DNA of 19,167 bases, taken from contig JANMKN010000077.1 in the NCBI GenBank assembly GCA_031372065.1, positions 1-19,167 of the forward strand. Direction: 5' to 3'. The DNA comes from Abditibacteriaceae bacterium. GTDB lineage: Bacteria > Armatimonadota > Abditibacteriia > Abditibacteriales > Abditibacteriaceae. Positions 7,739 through 15,918 of the stretch are shown here, one piece after another. The notes below the pieces were generated by a model that was not told the DNA's origin, ran no database searches, and was given only the letters and a program-made list of their open reading frames with translations. How positions within the stretch are numbered: the stretch's first letter is position 1; every line of letters starts with the position of its first letter. The translations under genes and the position numbers were made by a program.

Positions 7739-10282
7739 ATGAAGACGTTTTCCTCTTCCGGAACTTTGAACCCTATTTCAAAGCCAGCAGTTTCCACTTC
7801 CCCGCCCACTGTGACGCAAACTTCCAGCGGCCTTGTTGCATCGTCCGGCAAGTCCGCTGTTTTTAATGGCGAAGTGCCAGAGGCCAAGCACAACGATGCG
7901 CACAACGATGCGGCGACGCTCGAAATCATCGTAGATTCTGTCGCGGCTGAGTCGGTGGAAGTGGCGCAAGATGAAGTCGCCACAGAGGGCACTGGCTCCA
8001 CGCTTTCCAGCGAAGAGTTGGCCTTGCAAAAAATTACGGCGCTCATTGAAAATACCAAAGCGGCGCGCCCCGCAACCGATACGGGATTGTTAGAAGACGC
8101 TTACGCATTCGCGTATTTGCAGCACCAAACAATTCACGATCAGCATCGCAAAACGGGCGAAGCTTACATCGAACATCCGATTGCCGTCGCGGGCATTTTG
8201 GCCGAATTGGGCATGGACGACCCGACAATTGCTGCCGGATTGCTGCATGATGTGCCCGAAGATTGTGCTGTGCCTTACGAAGAAATTGTGCAGCGATTTG
8301 GTGCCGAAGTGGCGCAACTGGTCGAAGGCGTTACCAAACTGCGGCGCATTGATTTTACAGATAAACAAGAAAAACAAGCCGAAAATTTGCGCAAGTTGTT
8401 TTTAGCGATGGCGGGCGATGTGCGCGTGATTATTGTGAAATTGGCGGATCGCCTGCATAATATGCGCACGTTGGAAGGCATTAAAGACCCGCGTCGCACC
8501 GAAATCGCGCAGGAAACTTTGTATATTTTCGCGCCGATTGCGCATCGCCTTGGCATTTGGCGCATCAAGTGGGAATTGGAAGATCGCGCTTTTAAATACA
8601 CGCATTCCGACGAATATCGCCAGATTTACGAGAAAGTCAATCGCACCCGCGCCGAGCGCAGCGCCTTAGTGCAGCGTTGCATTCACACTTTGCAAGAGCA
8701 GTTGCAGGAACAAGGCATCGAAGCCGAAGTCACCGGGCGCCCGAAGCATTTTTATTCGATTTATCAAAAAATGATCAAGCAAGGTTTGAAGTTCGATGCA
8801 ATTCATGACCTTATCGCCTTGCGTGTCATTTGCAATTCAACATCCGATTGTTATCAAGCGCTGGGCATCGTGCATAATTCGTGGCAAATGGTGCCGGAAA
8901 TGTTTTTTGATTATGTCGGAATGCCAAAGCCAAATGGTTATCAGTCGTTGCACACCAAAGTGTTAGTGGCGGGCGGCGATGTGATTGAAGTGCAGATTCG
9001 CACCAAGGAAATGCACCGCGACGCCGAATTTGGCATCGCGGCGCACTGGCGCTATAAACAAGGTGACAAGCCCGCGCAAAATTGGGGCGATAAACTGCGT
9101 TGGCTGCGTTTGGTTTTGGAAATAGATTCCGACACGACGGGAAATGCACGCGAGTTTTTGGATTCGCTCAAATTAGACGTTTCCAACGAGCAGATTTTTG
9201 CCTTTACGCCCAAAGGCGACGCGATTTATATGCCGCAAGATTCGTCGCCGGTTGATTTTGCTTATCGCATTCACTCGGAAGTCGGCTTTCATTGCACCGG
9301 AGCGCGCGTCAACGGGCGCATTGTGCCGCTGTCCTACAAATTGCACAACGGCGACATTTGCGAAATTATCACCAGTCGCAGCAGCACCGGCCCCAAACAT
9401 GGCTGGCTCGATTGGGTTGTCACGCCGCACGCCAAGAATCGCATTCGCAATCACCTTAAGCGCCAGAATTTCGACGAAAATTTCCGCGAAGGCGTGACGC
9501 GTTTAGAAAAAATCGCCCAAGCGGAGCGCCTAAAACTTGGCCCGCCAGCGGACAATGATGCCATTAAAGCCATCGCTCACGCGATGAATTACAAAAGCGC
9601 CGAAGATTTGATTGCGGCTATTGGTTACGGCGATCAATCGGCGGAAAATGTCATCAACAAAGTGCGCGCCGAAACCAAAGAAACCAAGCCTGCGGCCAAA
9701 CCACGCTTAATCGGCGCGCAAGATGACAATTTATCAGGCTCCGCACGGCGTTTGATGGATCGCAAGGTCAATTTAATGACCGATATGCCCGATTTGTCCG
9801 GCACATTGGAATTTTCCATTCCCGCGACGGGCGAAACATCTGGGCACGGTTCGGCGGGCGAACACAAAGATTTGTTGTATTCCTTGGCGCGTTGTTGTTC
9901 GCCGATTGCGGGCGATGAAGTGTGTGGCTACGTCACGCGCGGGCGCGGCGTGACCGTGCATCGCGCCGATTGCGCCAACTTGAAACAATACGAAGAAAAA
10001 GAGCCGAACCGTTTGATGAACGTGCGCTGGATCGGTCAAAGCGACAAGCCTTTTTCGGCGCTGATTGGCATGGAATGTATGGATCGCGCGGGCCTTTTAC
10101 ACGATGTCACCGGCATAATCGCGACGCGCGGCGTTAATATCTGTGGCGTGAACACTTATCCGCTGAAAAACAGCCGCGCCCGATTAAATATCGCCGTCAC
10201 GATTTCCGATTCGCAAAAATTAACGGATTTGATGAATGCCTTGCGCTCGGTTCCCGGCGCCGTTGAAGTGCATCGCGTTTAA
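7739..10282 (+). CDS. rel: Long RSH bifunctional (p)ppGpp synthetase/hydrolase Rel
   Basis: Hydrolase HPIAVA, LLHDVPED, KLADRLHNMRTL; synthetase RPKHFYSIYQKM, NGYQSLHT, EVQIRT; TGS FTPKGD...DFAYRIHSEVG; Zn finger ARCCSP...HRADC; C-terminal ACT. Followed by dtd. Confidence 0.97.
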   Translation: MKTFSSSGTLNPISKPAVSTSPPTVTQTSSGLVASSGKSAVFNGEVPEAKHNDAHNDAATLEIIVDSVAAESVEVAQDEVATEGTGSTLSSEELALQKITALIENTKAARPATDTGLLEDAYAFAYLQHQTIHDQHRKTGEAYIEHPIAVAGILAELGMDDPTIAAGLLHDVPEDCAVPYEEIVQRFGAEVAQLVEGVTKLRRIDFTDKQEKQAENLRKLFLAMAGDVRVIIVKLADRLHNMRTLEGIKDPRRTEIAQETLYIFAPIAHRLGIWRIKWELEDRAFKYTHSDEYRQIYEKVNRTRAERSALVQRCIHTLQEQLQEQGIEAEVTGRPKHFYSIYQKMIKQGLKFDAIHDLIALRVICNSTSDCYQALGIVHNSWQMVPEMFFDYVGMPKPNGYQSLHTKVLVAGGDVIEVQIRTKEMHRDAEFGIAAHWRYKQGDKPAQNWGDKLRWLRLVLEIDSDTTGNAREFLDSLKLDVSNEQIFAFTPKGDAIYMPQDSSPVDFAYRIHSEVGFHCTGARVNGRIVPLSYKLHNGDICEIITSRSSTGPKHGWLDWVVTPHAKNRIRNHLKRQNFDENFREGVTRLEKIAQAERLKLGPPADNDAIKAIAHAMNYKSAEDLIAAIGYGDQSAENVINKVRAETKETKPAAKPRLIGAQDDNLSGSARRLMDRKVNLMTDMPDLSGTLEFSIPATGETSGHGSAGEHKDLLYSLARCCSPIAGDEVCGYVTRGRGVTVHRADCANLKQYEEKEPNRLMNVRWIGQSDKPFSALIGMECMDRAGLLHDVTGIIATRGVNICGVNTYPLKNSRARLNIAVTISDSQKLTDLMNALRSVPGAVEVHRV

Positions 10283-10291
10283 TTTGTCTTT

Positions 10292-10322
10292 TTGTCGGGG
10301 CGAGGTATACCTTGCCCGACAA
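10292..10322. repeat. GC-rich REP-like hairpin just after the rel stop
   Basis: ttgtcggggcgagg-tata-ccttgcccgacaa, with one bulge and one G-U pair. Confidence 0.6.
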
Positions 10323-10406
10323 TTTGGCGCAAAAGCATTTCTCGCCGACAAAATGCTGCTTTGGCAGGTTTTTTGGCGTTTTTTGTTCGTAAGAGTGCAT
10401 TTTGCG

Positions 10407-10668
10407 CTTGAAATATGGCTTCTCAGCTTGAAATATAGCTTCTCAGCTTGAAATATGGCTTCTCAGGTTGAAATATAGCTTCTCAGCCTGAAATATGGCT
10501 TCTCAGCTTGAAATATGGCTTCTCAGCCTGAAATATGGCTTCTCAGCCTGAAATATGCACCCTCACAGTTGAAAGACGGCTTCCCGGCTCGAAAATTGGC
10601 TTCTCAGCTTGAAAATCGCACCCTCACGGTTGAAAATTGGCTTCCCGACCTGAAAATTGGTATCATGG
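10407..10668. repeat. Tandem array of about 13 units of 20 bp (two of 21 bp), consensus cttgaaatatggcttctcag
   Basis: Seven near-identical units at 10407-10546, followed by six diverged units. Confidence 0.95.
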
Positions 10669-10721
10669 GGCGAAAGATTGCAAATTAACTCAAAACTCTC
10701 AATTCCAAATTCTTCACTCTC

Positions 10722-11159
10722 ATGAAAGCTGTCATTCAACGCTGTCACCGCGCCAAAGTGGAAGTCGAAGGCAAAATTGTCGGCGAAATCGGCGCCGGTT
10801 TGACGATTTTTTTAGGTGTAGCGAAGGGCGATGACGAAGCCGCCGCCGAAAAATTAGCGCGCAAGATTGCTACGCTGCGCATTTTTAATGATGACGAAGG
10901 CCGCTTTAATCGCTCGATTTTAGATATTGGCGGCGACGCCTTGGTTATTTCCAATTTCACGCTTTGTGGCGATACAAAAAAAGGCACGCGACCTAATTTT
11001 ACGCAGGCGGCGCCACCGGACGAGGCAAATCAACTTTATCAAGCCTTTGTTACACTGCTTCGCGGCCAAAAAGTGCCGGTAGAAACTGGCATTTTTGCGG
11101 CTATGATGAACGTCTCTGTCGAAAACGATGGACCAGTCACGATCATTCTGGAGGCGTAG
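10722..11159 (+). CDS. dtd: D-aminoacyl-tRNA deacylase
   Basis: MKAVIQR, LRIF, SNFTL (SQFTL-like), KGTRPNF, NDGPVT (Gly-cisPro). Classical position downstream of rel. Confidence 0.97.
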   Translation: MKAVIQRCHRAKVEVEGKIVGEIGAGLTIFLGVAKGDDEAAAEKLARKIATLRIFNDDEGRFNRSILDIGGDALVISNFTLCGDTKKGTRPNFTQAAPPDEANQLYQAFVTLLRGQKVPVETGIFAAMMNVSVENDGPVTIILEA

Positions 11160-11212
11160 AAAGCTCCTCACAACGGCAAAACGCAGTATTTAGGCAAGAT
11201 TTCCACGATAGG

Positions 11213-11239
11213 AGCAAGCAATCGGTAGTTTTGCTTGCT
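11213..11239 (+). terminator. Possible terminator or operator hairpin between dtd and cpaE
   Basis: agcaagcaa / ttgcttgct perfect 9-bp stem with 9-nt loop, followed by pyrimidine-rich sequence rather than a clean U tract. Confidence 0.35.
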
Positions 11240-11351
11240 GTTCCCTTGTTCCGTGCTCAATTTTTTGCTTTTTGGTCTATGAAACTGCGCATTATGTCGC
11301 CCGCGTTTTGAGTGCGACTGTGCTAACCTTAATCTGAATTAATTCGCTATT

Positions 11352-12557
11352 ATGCAAAGCTCGCTGATTCGCATTTTGCCGGCCTGTCTGACCGAACCAT
11401 TGCCTGACGGTTGGGAAAAGGCGCCTACCGGCTATGTGATTGAACCCATGCCAGAAGTTGAGGCGCCAGAGGCCGTTATTATATCGCTTCGGGCTACGGA
11501 AGCCGATTTATTGCTGCTTGATGGCGATAAACCCGGCATAGATGCCTTCACCTTAACAGAAGCCGTCTTGGCTGCGTTGCCGAATGTGGCGGTTGTTATT
11601 CTTTCCAGTGATAGTTCGCCTGACCGCTTGCGCCGCGCTATGCTGGCGGGCGTCGAAGAGTATCTCATCAAGCCGTTAGACGCTGTGGCAATGCGCGACG
11701 CCATTATCGCCGTGGCCTCGCATCGCACTTTACGCGTGGTGCAGGATAATGTGGAAGCCAGTCCCACGCCCGATGGTGGTGGAATCGTGGTTGGCATTGT
11801 TTCGGGAAAAGGCGGTTTGGGCAAAACCACAATAGCAACGAACTTGGCCGCCATCGTCGCGAAAACGCCGGGGCGCACGGCGGCCTTGGTAGGATTGGAA
11901 TCGGGCGATGCTTCGGTTTTGTTGTCGCTGCAACCAAAACTGGGATTATTGGACATGGCGGGCGCCGCTTATGACGAAACGGCTTTTAAACCCGAATGGT
12001 TGACCCATTTCACTTCCATTCACCGCACAGGCATTCAATATTTCACATGGCAGGGCATTTCCACGCAGGCGCCCGAAGGCATTCCCGACGATTTTTTCTC
12101 TAACACTTTTGAAATGTTCCGGCGCACTTTTTCGGCGACCATTGTAGATTTTCCATTGTTGTCACCCGAAGAAGCGCAGACTTCACTGCCGCTGGTAGAT
12201 ATAATTGTGGTAGTTTCGTCGTCGTCGGATTTGCTGGCGCTGAAGGCGACCAAATCGTTTTTAGAAATGGTGCCGCCGGAAATTGAGCAGCGTGTGCGTA
12301 TTATCATTAACCGGGCCGATGCCACGGATATGATCAGCCGCGATGATTTTGAAAAAACGCTCAACACCAAAGTTTTAGCGACGCTGCCGAATCAGCCGCA
12401 AATTGCATCGGCGGCTATCAATATGGGTTCGCCTTTCGCGCTGACACAAAAGGACAGCGAACTGGCGATCAACCTGCGCGTAATCGCGCAACGCTTATTT
12501 AAACTGCCAGCCGAAGTCGAAGAAAAACCCAAGCGTCGTTTCATGCTCTTTTCTTGA
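11352..12557 (+). CDS. cpaE: Tad pilus localisation protein CpaE/TadZ (receiver-like domain plus MinD/ParA-like ATPase)
   Basis: REC-like LLLLDG...RRAMLAGVEEYLIKP; deviant Walker A SGKGGLGKTT; TIVDFP; IIINR; AINMGSPF. Confidence 0.9.
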   Translation: MQSSLIRILPACLTEPLPDGWEKAPTGYVIEPMPEVEAPEAVIISLRATEADLLLLDGDKPGIDAFTLTEAVLAALPNVAVVILSSDSSPDRLRRAMLAGVEEYLIKPLDAVAMRDAIIAVASHRTLRVVQDNVEASPTPDGGGIVVGIVSGKGGLGKTTIATNLAAIVAKTPGRTAALVGLESGDASVLLSLQPKLGLLDMAGAAYDETAFKPEWLTHFTSIHRTGIQYFTWQGISTQAPEGIPDDFFSNTFEMFRRTFSATIVDFPLLSPEEAQTSLPLVDIIVVVSSSSDLLALKATKSFLEMVPPEIEQRVRIIINRADATDMISRDDFEKTLNTKVLATLPNQPQIASAAINMGSPFALTQKDSELAINLRVIAQRLFKLPAEVEEKPKRRFMLFS

Positions 12558-12651
12558 TGGGGAGGGTTCTGTTTCGCCATTTTGAGAGAATGAGAAAAAA
12601 GCGCCTATGGCTGTCGAATTTCGCTAAATCCTGTTTGCGAATATGGTAGAT

Positions 12652-12680
12652 TTGGCATAGTGCGACGAATGGTTTAAAAT
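12652..12680 (+). promoter_or_regulatory. Candidate sigma70 promoter for cpaC-cpaB
   Basis: TTGGCA (12652-12657), 17-nt spacer, TAAAAT (12675-12680), each 5/6 to consensus. Implies a leader of about 220 nt. Confidence 0.5.
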
Positions 12681-12906
12681 TTCTTTGATAATCGAGTCTT
12701 TAGGAGCAGCAGACGCGTGAGCTGCTTCCGCCACATTCAGCCGTTTTAAGTTGAATGTTCGTGTGGTCTGATGTGGCGCAAAAGTTATTCGGGAATTCAT
12801 TAGTCGTCGCCAGCGAAGGCCAAATGCAACAACCATCGCCGCCGGCAACCTGACGCACCTTAGAAGATCATCTGGAGATCATCTTCCGCTTTTAAGGAGA
12901 GACGAA

Positions 12907-15861
12907 ATGATTAAGCCGACCCCTGCGCGGCCCCGCACCTCAGAATGTGTATCTCGCGGTGCTGCGCCCCCGACTTCCGGCAGTTCCCCTGCCGATGCTT
13001 CCGCTATGAAAATGCTTGACTCCCTCGCGACTGAAGAACCCTCGAACGTGCCTCTTGCGTTCGACCTGCGTGCGGCCCGCACTGATCGTTTAGCGGCGCT
13101 GTGCCTGCTGCTGGCCTTGTGTGGCCCCACTGCTTTTGGGGTGTTGACCGCTGCGGGCACGGATAGCATGGTGTATGCCTCGTTACCGGGCAAGACTCTG
13201 GGCAAAAAACAAGTCTGCAAGATTGCTCCTGCCACTGCATTAAATGCGTTGGCGCCCGCAGTCAAGCCCGCGACCAAACCTGCGGGCTTAGAGCGTGTGG
13301 CCTTGACTGCGGCTGCGGCCTCACCCGATTGGCGCAGTGATTTACAATGGCTTTTGCCACGCGCTCGTGCCAACGATGGGGCGGATAACCCGCATCCCAC
13401 ACGCGCCATGTTTCCTTTGTCGCTGCTGGCAAAAGCCCGCTTGCCGGAAAACAGGACTTCTTCGGTATTGCGTGGCGTGGCCGTAGAGCGGCCAACCGGC
13501 ATTTCGCTCGCACGGCTCATCAACGATAATATGCCTGCCAAGACCGGGCCTCGCGGCGACGCCTCTATCAGCGCGTTGCCTTATGTATGGAAAAGCGGGC
13601 TTGTCAGCGTTCCGGCAGAAGGGCCAGTTCGATTCGCTGATGCCAAAGACGAAATCAAGGCACAATCTTCCAGCGGACAACTTCCTCCCTTGCTGCAAAA
13701 GGCCGATGGCACGCCTGATTTGTCGAAAATGGGCAAAGTAGTCAACGCCACCGCGTTGAAATTGCCTCCGCCCAGCCAGCCCCTGCCGCCTAAGTTGCAA
13801 GCCGCTTCGGTGCCTGCGGACACTAAATTCATTTCATCGTTGCCGCGTCTGGCACAAGCCGGGGCGCCCGGTAATGCAATGCCGGAGCCGAGTGCTTCGA
13901 ACCAAATTGAAGTGACGGTCAGCACCTTTGTGGTGCTAATTGCGCCTGATGATTTGCAAACTGTCGCTATCGCTGATCCTGATATTGCCGATGTCGTCGT
14001 GGTGAATTCGCGCGCGGTGCTGGTCAATGGCAAAAAACCGGGCGCGACCAGTCTGGTCATTGTTGACAAGAAAATCCGCCAATATCATGTGCAAGTTGTG
14101 CCTTCGACTGGCAACAAGCCGGGCGATATGGCCGATGCCGTGGCAGCAGCGATTAACCTTCCCAATGTGCAAGTGCGCGCCATTAATGGTTCGATTGCTT
14201 TGAGCGGGCAGGTTGCCAACGCGGACGAACAGAAAATGGCGGGCGACATTGCCAGTTTGTTTGCCAGCAAAGTGGTGAATCACACCCAGATTCGTCCCAC
14301 TGTGACAAACGAAGGCCCGCAAGTGCCGCTGGATGCGCAAATTAAAAACGCGATTCGCACGGGCGGCGTGGAAGTGCGCGTTTTGGGCAATACCGTCTTA
14401 TTGGAAGGTCAGGTGCCCAGCGAAGCACAACGCGCGACGGCTGAAGCTGTCGCCAAGGCTTTGGCGAAGGACATGGAAGTCCAGAACCTGATTACCTTGC
14501 CCGCGCTGCCACTGCCACCTATTCCAAAACTGCTCACGCTTGATCAGGTTAATGACACGCTGAAGCCAATGCAGGCGCCGCCTCCGGCCCCTGATATGCC
14601 CGGCGTGATCCCGGCTCCGCTGCAACCGATGACGCGCATCATAGCCCGTCAGGTAGCCGATCAAATCGTTCTCGAAGGCGTGGCGCTCACGGCTGACGAA
14701 ATCAAGCAGGCTCAAGAAATTGCCACGCGCACCGGTTTAAATGTGGTGAGTCGTGTCGTCATCGCTACGGCACCGCAAGCGCTTTCCGAGGATGTTCAGG
14801 CACTCAATGGTATTGCTACAGCGATCAATCGCTCCATTCCGGGCGCGAAAGTGATGGTCAGTGGTGGCAAAGACCGCTTGGTGCTGACCGGAACCATTCC
14901 TTCAACCACTTCGGCAGTGTTGGCCGAGCAAATCGCGCGCAGTTACAGCAAAAAAGTAGACAACCTTTTGCTCACGCCGCGCCCGCAACAAATTGATGTG
15001 GACATCACGGTTTTGGAAATCAACAAAACCAACTTGAAAAATTTAGGTGTCACATTCACCTCGCTACTCGACAGCACTGCCACGAATCCCACTGGTTTTG
15101 TTATCGGTCAAGGGGCGCCGGGCTTAGTCAGCGCCACGCCTGTCAGTCGCGCCATTCAATTTCTGTCGCCGATCCAGGCCGCGATTCGCGCCGAAGTGAC
15201 TAATGGCAACGCGCGCATTCTTTCCAATCCGCGCACCACAGTTTTGTCGGGCCGCACGGCGACTTTCAAAGTCGGCGGTGAAGTGCCCATTCCCGGCGTG
15301 TCCACGTTGTCAGGAAATGGCAATGCTACCACGACGATTATTTTCAAGCCGTTTGGCATTCTGATGGACGTGACGCCGGTTGTCAGCGATGATGGCGTCA
15401 TTACCGCGCAAATTCGCACCGAGGTTTCGCAACCCGACTTCACTATCGGTGTGGTGCCTCCCGGCGGCGGTGGCATTATTCCCGGCTTCTCGCAGCGTCA
15501 GGCGCAAACCGAAGTGACCATTGAGCCGGGCGGCACTTTGGCCCTTGGCGGACTGATTTCCAATAACATTACGCAAACGCGCCGCGAAATTCCTTTGCTC
15601 AGTAGAATTCCGGTTTTGGGCGCGCTGTTTTCAAGCAAGCGTTTCCAAAAGAACGAAACCGAACTGGTTATCTTCGTGACGCCGCGCTTGCTGGAAACTA
15701 AACTGAAAGATGGGCAGATGGCGCCCGCGCGTCCGTATTCGGTTGGCGAAAGCGAATCTGCCAAAGTGGTTATGGGCACCACCGGTATTCCGTCCTTTGT
15801 GGATAACACAGCCTTTTCGACTGCTGCCAGCGGTAGCGGCGGCAGCGGAGGCGGCCAGTAA
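12907..15861 (+). CDS. cpaC: Tad pilus secretin CpaC/RcpA with long N-terminal extension and four BON-like domains
   Basis: Pilus-secretin N domain IADPDIADVVVVNSRAVLVNGKKPGATSL; secretin core ARILSNPRTTVLSGRTATFKVGGEVPIP and IPLLSRIPVLGALFSSKRFQKNETELVIFVTP. SD AAGGAG at 12894-12899. Confidence 0.93.
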   Translation: MIKPTPARPRTSECVSRGAAPPTSGSSPADASAMKMLDSLATEEPSNVPLAFDLRAARTDRLAALCLLLALCGPTAFGVLTAAGTDSMVYASLPGKTLGKKQVCKIAPATALNALAPAVKPATKPAGLERVALTAAAASPDWRSDLQWLLPRARANDGADNPHPTRAMFPLSLLAKARLPENRTSSVLRGVAVERPTGISLARLINDNMPAKTGPRGDASISALPYVWKSGLVSVPAEGPVRFADAKDEIKAQSSSGQLPPLLQKADGTPDLSKMGKVVNATALKLPPPSQPLPPKLQAASVPADTKFISSLPRLAQAGAPGNAMPEPSASNQIEVTVSTFVVLIAPDDLQTVAIADPDIADVVVVNSRAVLVNGKKPGATSLVIVDKKIRQYHVQVVPSTGNKPGDMADAVAAAINLPNVQVRAINGSIALSGQVANADEQKMAGDIASLFASKVVNHTQIRPTVTNEGPQVPLDAQIKNAIRTGGVEVRVLGNTVLLEGQVPSEAQRATAEAVAKALAKDMEVQNLITLPALPLPPIPKLLTLDQVNDTLKPMQAPPPAPDMPGVIPAPLQPMTRIIARQVADQIVLEGVALTADEIKQAQEIATRTGLNVVSRVVIATAPQALSEDVQALNGIATAINRSIPGAKVMVSGGKDRLVLTGTIPSTTSAVLAEQIARSYSKKVDNLLLTPRPQQIDVDITVLEINKTNLKNLGVTFTSLLDSTATNPTGFVIGQGAPGLVSATPVSRAIQFLSPIQAAIRAEVTNGNARILSNPRTTVLSGRTATFKVGGEVPIPGVSTLSGNGNATTTIIFKPFGILMDVTPVVSDDGVITAQIRTEVSQPDFTIGVVPPGGGGIIPGFSQRQAQTEVTIEPGGTLALGGLISNNITQTRREIPLLSRIPVLGALFSSKRFQKNETELVIFVTPRLLETKLKDGQMAPARPYSVGESESAKVVMGTTGIPSFVDNTAFSTAASGSGGSGGGQ

Positions 15862-15918
15862 ATCCCAGCCAATAGGTCTGGTCGAAATAAACCTCGGCCA
15901 GACCACAAGGAGACATTC

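Noticed and set aside
10407..10668. CRISPR array
   Set aside because: Units are contiguous with no unique spacers, and there are no cas genes in the window.
10950..10964. SNFTL instead of SQFTL in Dtd as a sign of altered function
   Set aside because: This is a conservative change, and the Gly-cisPro motif and other hallmarks are intact.
12653..12667. Sigma54 promoter at TGGCA
   Set aside because: No TTGC/GC at the -12 position. A sigma70 reading fits better.
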